From Candidatus Anammoxibacter sp. (GTDB taxonomy: Bacteria > Planctomycetota > Brocadiia > Brocadiales > Anammoxibacteraceae): a stretch of 32,000 bases of DNA. Positions 18,150 through 25,393 of the stretch are shown piece after piece; the stretch's first letter is position 1, and each line of letters opens with the position of its first letter. The notes below the pieces were generated by a model. It saw nothing but the letters and a program-made list of their open reading frames with translations, had not been told where the DNA came from and did not search any database. Made by a program: the position numbers and the translations under genes. The DNA lies in NCBI GenBank assembly GCA_021777055.1, contig JAIQZO010000012.1:39013-71012 (forward strand). Reading direction: 5' to 3'.

Positions 18150-19154
18150 TCATTTATACTTGGTACCTATTATCATACCAGAGCCAGAAGAGAGATTGAT
18201 TCGCTGCAAATTCTCAAAGCCAACCTGCTGCAGCCATTTTGTTATTTCACTAGCACTATAATTTCTACCACCATGAGTTGCCGTTAGCATGTTCAAGCTA
18301 AACAAAACCGCAAACTCAGGCGCCGTCATGGAATTATCCAACAAAAAATCATGAACGACTACCCTTCCATTGTCCTTCAATGCCGCTAAACATTTTTTTG
18401 CAATCTTGATATTGATTTTTTCATCGTACATGTGCATAAGGTTTGACACAAATACCACATCATACAACCCCTTTCCATAACTGCCACCCAAACATTCACC
18501 GTTTATAGTACTGATACGCTTTTCCAGTTTAGCCTCATTTATATACTCCATGGTAATTTCAGTTACACCTTCAAGATCAAAAACCACAGCATTAAGTCCG
18601 GGATTTAATTTCACAAATTCAATTGCAAAGGAACCAGGTCCACCTCCGAGATCTAATAGCAGTTTACATCCTGACAGATCAAGACTCTTTGCAACCTCTT
18701 TGCTTTTCAGGACAGCAAAGTCTCTCATTGCTGATATAAAAACCCGTCGTCTCGCAGGGTCAACCTCCTCGCCCACATTATCAAATGATACTGGGCCTCC
18801 CGTTTTCACGGCTCGGTTAAGTTTCCCCCAATTATCCCACAAATTACCGAAAAGGAGGATTCTGTTACCCTGGTACATAGGCCTACCCTTTACAAGAAAC
18901 CTATCTGCAATCTGCCTATTTTTAAACATATCCCCTTTTTTTGACAGAAAGCCCAACCCGGCCAAAGCATTTAACAACATCTCCGTAGCTCTCTTCTCAG
19001 CCTTAATTTGACTGGCAAGTGATACTATTGATTTTTCTGATCTATATAGCTTGGTGAAGATCTCAAACTCAACCGCGACAATCAATACCTGGGATTTCCA
19101 ATATCCGGCAGAGAGGTCTGAAATATAATCAAATTGAGATTTAATTGTTTTCAT
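18150..19154 (-). CDS. Class I SAM-dependent methyltransferase (O-methyltransferase family 2-like, with N-terminal dimerisation domain)
   Basis: 334 aa. SAM motif I LLDLGGGPGSFAIEF, an acidic post-I residue (VVFDLE) and motif VFVSNLMHMY. The N-terminal ~100 aa are helical and dimerisation-like. Confidence 0.85.
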   Translation of the reverse strand: MKTIKSQFDYISDLSAGYWKSQVLIVAVEFEIFTKLYRSEKSIVSLASQIKAEKRATEMLLNALAGLGFLSKKGDMFKNRQIADRFLVKGRPMYQGNRILLFGNLWDNWGKLNRAVKTGGPVSFDNVGEEVDPARRRVFISAMRDFAVLKSKEVAKSLDLSGCKLLLDLGGGPGSFAIEFVKLNPGLNAVVFDLEGVTEITMEYINEAKLEKRISTINGECLGGSYGKGLYDVVFVSNLMHMYDEKINIKIAKKCLAALKDNGRVVVHDFLLDNSMTAPEFAVLFSLNMLTATHGGRNYSASEITKWLQQVGFENLQRINLSSGSGMIIGTKYK

Positions 19155-19222
19155 TGAAATTTATTTTGTAGAAAAGCAACCAAAACAAAAATTAAGATGG
19201 GCCAAACAACATCAACACAAAG

Positions 19223-20800
19223 TTAACACACTGCAAGCTCTTTTAGTTTAGCCGTATGTTCTTTTTTCAGATCCACAATTGCCTGTTTGTTCATATTAAG
19301 TGCGCCTTTTTCAAAAGAGAGAAGCGTTTGGTCAAACATATTAATAATCGTTGTATTTAAGACAGAAAGGAAACTATTTTCATGCATATCAGTATCTTTA
19401 CAAAAACAATCTTCACTGTACATACCCTCTGATCTACTATAATTTGCAACTATTGAAAATACGTTATTACAAAGACTGGAAGTAATATCCACAAGCGATG
19501 ACATCCTTTTGTCCGTGTAATCAAATTGCTTCTCATATCCGTCAGGATCACAAGGTTTAAAATGCCCATTATCTCCACTATAATCCGGAGTTCCCAGAAA
19601 GATTGATTGTTTATGGCACAAAAGATGCGCGGTTGTATAAGGATCTTTCATTAACCCCATCTCTTTTAAGAATGTAAAGTTTTTCCTTATACCGTTTATT
19701 TCCGTATCCTTACCAAACATTATAAAACCCACATTCGGTTCTATTCCACAATCTCTAACGATACTAATCGCGTTCTTATTAATCTCTACCGTTGTCTTCT
19801 TTTTAAATCCGTCAAGGGTGGTTTGATCACCACTTTCGACCCCCAAAAAGAGATTTCTCAGACCAGCTTTAATCAACAAAGAGATAACATCCTTTTCAAT
19901 ATCGTTAGCACGGCTTTCAAGACCAATACTGATGTTTAATCCATCATCTATAATTAGATTGGCAAGATCCCTCGCCCTTGCCTTACCAGAAACAGCATTG
20001 CCAAAAAAACTTGCATCCGCAAAATAGAAATTATCACAACCATGATCATTGTAAAGTTGTTTGATCTCATCAAAAACGTTTTTCGCACTTCGGCCACGCC
20101 ACGTTGCGTTGTCTCCATAGAATGGATTTAAATAACAAAACCCACAGTTATTGTAGCACCCCCTACTGGCAAGGATATATGTTACAATACCTTTTTGATT
20201 TGCAATCACCATGTCCCTACGATCTGGAAACGGCAATGCATCCAAGTCAGATATTTGGTCTCGCGGCACCAACGAATTTGGTATATCTCGGCTTACAAGG
20301 CCGTCAATTCCAGAGAGTTCCACGTTACCGTCAGTACCCACTATTCGTGATGACAACTCAAGGAATGTATATTCAGGTTCACCAACAACGACAGAATCTA
20401 TGAATGGAAAACGTTTCAAAATACTTTTATATGCAAAGGTGGAATAGTGTCCATACAAGCTTATATGCGCAGTTATACCTGCATTGCAAAGCCTTTCCAG
20501 CAAAGCAAATATCTCTTCCGTCTTTTCCCACAAATACACAAGGCGTATTCCAATTACCTTGTAAGATGCACCCATTAACATTTCAAATGTATCATTAATA
20601 GACAACCTCTTTAGATTTGCATCTATTATATCTGTTTTTAAGTCGTTTTTTTCCAGTAAAGCAGCCATATAACCTGTCATTAAACATGCGGACAATGGCG
20701 CATTTACAACATCTTCCGCTCGCTTGGGATTGTCCGGTCTAGGATGTTCAATGAGCGCAATTTGCGCTTTGCTTTGTCTGTAAATACCATTTTCTTTCAT
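19223..20800 (-). CDS. B12-binding-domain radical SAM enzyme (class B)
   Basis: 525 aa. N-terminal cobalamin-domain-like region (..VIGIRLVYLWEK..HISLYGHYSTF..VVVGEPEYTF), then ILASRGCYNNCGFCYLN (CxxxCxxC). Confidence 0.85.
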   Translation of the reverse strand: MKENGIYRQSKAQIALIEHPRPDNPKRAEDVVNAPLSACLMTGYMAALLEKNDLKTDIIDANLKRLSINDTFEMLMGASYKVIGIRLVYLWEKTEEIFALLERLCNAGITAHISLYGHYSTFAYKSILKRFPFIDSVVVGEPEYTFLELSSRIVGTDGNVELSGIDGLVSRDIPNSLVPRDQISDLDALPFPDRRDMVIANQKGIVTYILASRGCYNNCGFCYLNPFYGDNATWRGRSAKNVFDEIKQLYNDHGCDNFYFADASFFGNAVSGKARARDLANLIIDDGLNISIGLESRANDIEKDVISLLIKAGLRNLFLGVESGDQTTLDGFKKKTTVEINKNAISIVRDCGIEPNVGFIMFGKDTEINGIRKNFTFLKEMGLMKDPYTTAHLLCHKQSIFLGTPDYSGDNGHFKPCDPDGYEKQFDYTDKRMSSLVDITSSLCNNVFSIVANYSRSEGMYSEDCFCKDTDMHENSFLSVLNTTIINMFDQTLLSFEKGALNMNKQAIVDLKKEHTAKLKELAVC

Positions 20801-20857
20801 TGCCGTTATACATGCATTTCTATATTAGGTGAATAGACGGAAGGCTGAAGGTAAAAA

Positions 20858-21033
20858 CATAGCGCGGCGAAGCCGCAATCAAAATACGAGATGCCAGATA
20901 CTGGATACTGGCAAATAGTTCAATTTCTATCTTTCTTGTCAAGATGCAACATAACTAGAATAGCTTACCAGGAATACATGCAAAACTCTTTCTAGAAAAA
21001 ACAAGCTTTTACAGTGTAATACTATACTATAAA
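20858..21033. repeat. Modular intergenic repeat, copy B
   Basis: CATAGCGCGGCGAAGCCGCAATCAAAATACGAGATGCCAGATACTGGATACTGGCAAATAGTT..GTCAAGATGCAACAT..CTTTCTAGAAAAAACAAGCTTTTACAGTGTAATACTATACTATAAAG. Near-identical blocks are shared with copy C. Confidence 0.7.
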
Positions 21034-21087
21034 GTCATTTAAGTGGACAGGCAGAAGCTTTTACCTCCAGCCTATCCACTTAACCTG

Positions 21088-22422
21088 TTATTCTGCAGTC
21101 GCCGCAGCGTAATCCCTCTTCTTGCTGTTTGCAAGATCCTCTTCGTAGTATTTGCTAACAGTTTTCAACGAACAGAACTTTCCACACATTGTGCAAGTAT
21201 CGGTCTCCATCGGCGGCCGGTCACCCCTAATCTCCTTTGCTCTTTCCGCAGTTATAGCAGTTTCGTACTGAGTCTTCCAGTCTAAATCCCTTCTTGCTAT
21301 ACCCATCTTCAGGTCCATATCCCTGGCCTTATCCTTTAGTTTTACCATGTCGCCAACATGCGCAGCAACCTTTGCAGCCATAACACCCTCTCTTACATCA
21401 TCCGGTTTCGGCAGTGCCAGGTGTTCCGGCGGTGTAACATAACAAATAAAATCAGCTCCATGGCTTGAAGATATCGCCGCCCCTATAGCAGATGAAATAT
21501 GATCATACCCAGGCGCAACATCAGTGGTAATAGGTCCAAGCATATAAAAAGGAGCATTATTGCTTAACCGTTTCTGGATTATAACGTTTGCTTCAATCTC
21601 ATCAATAGGTATGTGTCCTGGCCCTTCAACGATAATCTGCACTCCCTTTTTCTGTGCATACTCTGCTATTTCAGAATTCATTATCAGTTCTTGAATTTGA
21701 GCCCTGTCAGTGCTGTCATGTATTGCTCCAGCTCGCAAACCATTACCAAGGCTAAGAATAACATCGTGCTTCTTCATAATATCAATAAGTCTGTCTATTT
21801 GATCATAAAGAGGATTCTCTTTTTTATTATGATTCATCCAAGCTGTAAGAAAAGAACCTCCGCGACTAACAAGGCCTCCATACCGGTATCCCTGCCTCTT
21901 TAACCGCTCCAGAGTTGTAAGATTAATCCCGCAATGAATAGCCATAAAACCTATACCTTCTTCAGCCTGCTGTTCTATTACATCAAACAAGAAGTCGGCA
22001 TCCATGTGAACAACAGAACCTTTCTGATTTATTGTCTCAATTGCAGCTTGATAAAGTGGTACAGTTCCCACTGTCAGATTAATAGCATCAAGAACACGCG
22101 TCCTAATAGCTTTAAGATCTCCCCCGGTTGACAACTCCATAAGTGTATCAGCTCCGCTTTTTTCAGCAACCTTTGCTTTCTCTACTTCCATATCATGATC
22201 AATTATGTCAGGTGATGTACCTATACTGGCATTAACCTTTGTCTTTAATCCCTTTCCGATTCCAATTACAGTGGCTTTACGATTGGGATTTCCGTAAATT
22301 ACAATTGTCCCTTTTGCAATGCCGTCTCTTATGAATTCAGGGCATACGTCATCATAAACCGCAGCCTCTTTCATCGGTTCTGTTATTACTCCGTCTCGGG
22401 CCAATTCTAATTGCGTTTTCAT
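21088..22422 (-). CDS. thiC: Phosphomethylpyrimidine synthase (thiamine pyrimidine synthase)
   Basis: 444 aa. The ThiC core runs throughout (GTVPLYQA, HCGI, SRGGS, LGDGLRPG-like LGNGLRAG), and the C-terminal Fe-S motif is CTMCGKFCSLK. An AAGGAG Shine-Dalgarno lies 8 nt upstream. Confidence 0.95.
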   Translation of the reverse strand: MKTQLELARDGVITEPMKEAAVYDDVCPEFIRDGIAKGTIVIYGNPNRKATVIGIGKGLKTKVNASIGTSPDIIDHDMEVEKAKVAEKSGADTLMELSTGGDLKAIRTRVLDAINLTVGTVPLYQAAIETINQKGSVVHMDADFLFDVIEQQAEEGIGFMAIHCGINLTTLERLKRQGYRYGGLVSRGGSFLTAWMNHNKKENPLYDQIDRLIDIMKKHDVILSLGNGLRAGAIHDSTDRAQIQELIMNSEIAEYAQKKGVQIIVEGPGHIPIDEIEANVIIQKRLSNNAPFYMLGPITTDVAPGYDHISSAIGAAISSSHGADFICYVTPPEHLALPKPDDVREGVMAAKVAAHVGDMVKLKDKARDMDLKMGIARRDLDWKTQYETAITAERAKEIRGDRPPMETDTCTMCGKFCSLKTVSKYYEEDLANSKKRDYAAATAE

Positions 22423-22650
22423 GCCTTCTATCTCCTTTTTCAGTTATATTAAACTTGGTTGATTTTTTATTTTATACAAGAATTTTGTTTTCTATAATAC
22501 TCTCTACGAGGAAACAAATTAAAGATTTAGGAATTCAGATCTTAGTTATATTTAGGTGTTATGATTTTCCCGATACCGCAAGCTTAGCGCATGGGAAACA
22601 GCAGAACTTAATAACATTCAAATATAACCAGAAGATGGGCCACAAAATCT

Positions 22651-23493
22651 TTAATCTATGCCTTCGTTGAATATATACTTTGAACAGTTAATCGTAACAG
22701 TATCCCCCTTCTCAACATTTAGAAGCTCTTTGGCATTCGCTTTATTTACTGCGATCTCCAAATACCCTGCACTCCCAAACAACGCAACCAGCCCTCCTTC
22801 TTCTACCTCCGAATACGACTGGTTGATCTTTTTTATCCTGTGGTTTGCAACCGTAATTGATAAAGCACCGTACATTCCATCTATTTGAAAGCTTTTCAAT
22901 AAACCTCTATTTATGTTTGTAATAAGATTTCCAAACCGGTCTATGTATATTATTTGTGCAGTCGCTATCCCGTTTGTGGACAATACTGGAGCAGGCGTCT
23001 CTATTTTCTCTATTTCAAAGATTTCCGCACCTAGCTCATTAATATCTACACCATTCATCAAATGCCCCGCAACTGGAGCAAAAACATCTCTACCATGGAA
23101 AGTATTGCTCACCTCCGGCAAAAAATATTTATTATTTGTAACATTTATAATTGATAAAGATTTTTCGCCATCCGCAATCAAGCTCAAAACCCCGTTATCA
23201 GGGGCGAGAAAGGTGTATTTGTCAGTTTTTAAGCATACAATTCTGCGGGTGCTCCCCACACCTGGGTCCACCACAACAACATGCATGGTACCAGAAGGGA
23301 AAAAACTGTACGCAGAAAATAAAATGTATGCCGCACCAAAGATATCCTGAGGATTTATATTATGACAAAGGTCAACAATCCTTGCATTCTGGCACGTATT
23401 TAAAATCACCCCTTTCATAACTGCAACATATTCATCCTGCAAGCCAAAGTCCGTTGTCAATGTAACTAACGAGTTCTGTTTTGACATATCCAA
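22651..23493 (-). CDS. SAM hydroxide adenosyltransferase family protein (DUF62; fluorinase/chlorinase-related)
   Basis: 280 aa. Contains LVTLTTDFGLQDEYVAVMKGVI, VVVVDPGVGS, NTFHGRDVFAPVAGHL and DRFGNLITNI, which are characteristic of the DUF62 family. Confidence 0.8.
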   Translation of the reverse strand: MDMSKQNSLVTLTTDFGLQDEYVAVMKGVILNTCQNARIVDLCHNINPQDIFGAAYILFSAYSFFPSGTMHVVVVDPGVGSTRRIVCLKTDKYTFLAPDNGVLSLIADGEKSLSIINVTNNKYFLPEVSNTFHGRDVFAPVAGHLMNGVDINELGAEIFEIEKIETPAPVLSTNGIATAQIIYIDRFGNLITNINRGLLKSFQIDGMYGALSITVANHRIKKINQSYSEVEEGGLVALFGSAGYLEIAVNKANAKELLNVEKGDTVTINCSKYIFNEGID

Positions 23494-23567
23494 TCCTATA
23501 AGGACTAACCGTAAATCGGCATCATTTCTTTCCTCTTAATGGTAAGAGACAAAATCAGTTAAACTTT

Positions 23568-23790
23568 CATATGCATCAAAGCCGCTACCAAATCAGAAAT
23601 TAGAGAATGCAGAAGACAAAATTCAGAATAACTCATAGATTTGTAGTTATTTCACCATGTTATTAAGCACGGAATTGTGAGTATGTTACAACGCATACTT
23701 CCTTTATCATGACTCCTGTCTCCTGAATTCTCTGTTCCATAAAAACTACAAAATCTAAAAAGCAAGTTTTTATAAAATAATACTAAGAGG
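23568..23790. repeat. Modular intergenic repeat, copy D (long form)
   Basis: A degenerate left hairpin (CATATGCATCAAAGCCGCTACC), a CAGAAT-type tract, CATAGATTTGT as in copy A, then ACCATGTTATTAA..ACTCCTGTCTCCTGAATTCT..CCATAAAAAC-N20-GTTTTTATAAAATAATACTAAG as in copy E. Confidence 0.6.
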
Positions 23791-24050
23791 GAACAAATTG
23801 AATTTTTTACCCATTCATATTCAATTATTTGCGAATTACCATGCAATGGAATGAAAAGAGGTGTTAAAAGGGAGGTTATGCTTCGAACGATAACAAATTG
23901 AACTTCTAATGGTAAAGACCTCTGTTATAACTATTTATCATTAATGAAGTCTAACTTGTAACCGCGCGAAGCATAATATTAAGCTGAGAGCAAAAGCTGT
24001 ATTTCCTTTTTGCATAAGGCCCGGGCAAAACCGTTGACCGAGCCATTACA

Positions 24051-24443
24051 CTAATTGTCCTCATACGAAACGATCTCTTCTCCTTTATATGAATATTCTG
24101 CATTTGAACAAGCGCTTCCACAGAAATCACATCCGACACACTTCCTAGGATCGATTGTTCTAACATGTCCTGCTTCACGTGAAATTGCGCCGGTAGGACA
24201 CCAATCCCAACACGAAATCCCACAATTTGTGCAGTTATGGGTCAAAATTGTCATCTTCGGCCCTTCAATAACAAAAGCATCATAAGGACAATCACGAATA
24301 CACTCCAGGCAGTAAACGCATTTCTGTTTATTTATCTTAACTACGCTACCAGCTTCCCTTATTGCATCAAACTTGCATAACTTAGTAACACACAACATAC
24401 AACCAACACAGTTTTTATTAACTTTTATAGTTAAACCATCCAT
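24051..24443 (-). CDS. Poly-ferredoxin-like protein with four [4Fe-4S]-type Cys motifs
   Basis: 130 aa. Motifs are CVGCMLCVTKLC, CVYCLECIRDCP, CTNCGISCWDWCP and CVGCDFCGSAC. Confidence 0.8.
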   Translation of the reverse strand: MDGLTIKVNKNCVGCMLCVTKLCKFDAIREAGSVVKINKQKCVYCLECIRDCPYDAFVIEGPKMTILTHNCTNCGISCWDWCPTGAISREAGHVRTIDPRKCVGCDFCGSACSNAEYSYKGEEIVSYEDN

Positions 24444-24581
24444 AACTTTCCGTCCTCCATCGTCTCTTGAAAAAGTTATAATTAACCATTGACAAACTTA
24501 ATGCTTTATATTAATTTAACTCGGCAGACATTTCAAGTAATTTTTAAATAGATATTATCTTATTTATAAGGAGACAAATTA

Positions 24582-25196
24582 ATGCAGAAGGCTCTAAAGG
24601 TTTCATTATGTGCATGCATAGTAGCACTTTACGCTATTAGTTTCAACAGTTTACAAGCAGGAGAAAGCAGTATGAATAAAGGGCTTTATGCCATATTAAA
24701 AACTAATCAAGGAGACATACTTTGTGAATTATACGCAAATGAATCCCCAATTACAGTAGAAAATTTCGTAGGTCTGGCATCCGGAGAAAAAGAGTATCTT
24801 GATCCAAAAACCGGAAATCGGCATAAAGGTAATTTTTATGACGGGCTTATATTTCACAGGGTTATTCCAAAATTTATGATTCAAGGTGGATGTCCCACTG
24901 GAACAGGTATGGGAGGTCCAGGCTACAAGTTTGAAGATGAATTCTCTCCAAACCTTAAATTCGACAAACCAGGTCTTCTTGCAATGGCAAACAGCGGCCC
25001 TGATACTAATGGAAGCCAGTTTTTCATCACAACCACCCCCACTCCATGGCTAAACGGCAGGCACACTATCTTTGGCGCCGTTATAGAGGGTATGGATGTT
25101 GTGAAAAAGATTGAGAATGTTAAGAGAAATTCTCAGGACAAACCCATTGAAGCCGTCGTTATTGAAACCATAGAGATAAAGAAAGCGGGGGAATAG
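24582..25196 (+). CDS. Cyclophilin-type peptidyl-prolyl cis-trans isomerase with N-terminal signal peptide
   Basis: 204 aa. Hydrophobic leader [26 protein letters not shown]. Also [25 protein letters not shown] and [16 protein letters not shown]. Confidence 0.93.
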   Translation: MQKALKVSLCACIVALYAISFNSLQAGESSMNKGLYAILKTNQGDILCELYANESPITVENFVGLASGEKEYLDPKTGNRHKGNFYDGLIFHRVIPKFMIQGGCPTGTGMGGPGYKFEDEFSPNLKFDKPGLLAMANSGPDTNGSQFFITTTPTPWLNGRHTIFGAVIEGMDVVKKIENVKRNSQDKPIEAVVIETIEIKKAGE

Positions 25197-25244
25197 AAAC
25201 AAGAAAAAGAAAAGCCAGGAATAACTTAATTTATGTACCATGTT

Positions 25245-25388
25245 GTCGAAACCATAAATATATGCGGCAAATAGATGAACAGCTATTTGCCGCAAATTAT
25301 TTTTTTGTGACATTTTGTCAAAACCATAAATATGTGTGGCAAATAGATGAACAGCTCTTTCCCACAGGTTATTTTTGTTTTGCATAAA
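25245..25388. repeat. Tandem 72-bp duplication of a terminator module
   Basis: Unit 1 (25245-25316) and unit 2 (25317-25388) align over about 60 nt with few mismatches (GTCRAAACCATAAATATRTGYGGCAAATAGATGAACAGCT...). Confidence 0.85.
25264..25306 (+). terminator. Rho-independent terminator of the cyclophilin gene
   Basis: Perfect 11-bp stem GCGGCAAATAG / CTATTTGCCGC, an 8-nt loop, then AAATTATTTTTTT. Confidence 0.8.
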
Positions 25389-25393
25389 GACAT

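Noticed and set aside
18061-19011. Plus-strand ORFs 18061-18261 and 18550-19011
   Set aside because: They are antisense to, or overlap, the methyltransferase gene. They are Ser/Pro/Thr-rich, with no motifs and no Shine-Dalgarno.
21005-21033. Right-hand repeat module (TTTACA..TAATACTATA) as a sigma70 promoter
   Set aside because: On the plus strand the -35/-10 spacing is far from 17 nt. On the minus strand TATAGT is a fair -10 box but no conserved -35 lies upstream. In copies B and D a plus-strand promoter would fire antisense into the neighbouring gene. I left the question open rather than annotate a promoter.
11101-21087. The lipid cluster as a horizontally acquired island or mobile element
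   Set aside because: It has no integrase or transposase, no flanking tRNA and no direct repeats at both ends. A repeat-family copy flanks only one side, and base composition looks the same as the surrounding core genes by eye.
22423-22650. TPP (THI-box) riboswitch upstream of thiC
   Set aside because: The invariant CUGAGA, ACCUGA and GCG-AGGGA cores and the GGGG/ACCC pairing are not present on the minus strand; only partial look-alikes are. It is not annotated as a feature. A covariance-model search would be decisive.
22658-23420. Plus-strand ORFs 22658-22888, 22913-23350 and 23151-23420
   Set aside because: They are antisense to the DUF62 gene, which carries clear family motifs.
23652-23846. 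64-aa minus-strand ORF in the 557-bp gap
   Set aside because: It is wholly embedded in repeat copy D. The similar sequence in copies A and E is not in a conserved frame.
23951-24223. 90-aa minus-strand ORF overlapping the ferredoxin gene
   Set aside because: It occupies a different frame of the same strand as the Cys-motif-rich ferredoxin ORF (24051-24443) and has no motifs of its own. The ferredoxin frame is clearly the real one.
25050-25385. 111-aa minus-strand ORF
   Set aside because: It overlaps the 3' end of the cyclophilin gene and then runs through the tandem terminator duplication. Its internal peptide repeat simply mirrors the DNA repeat.
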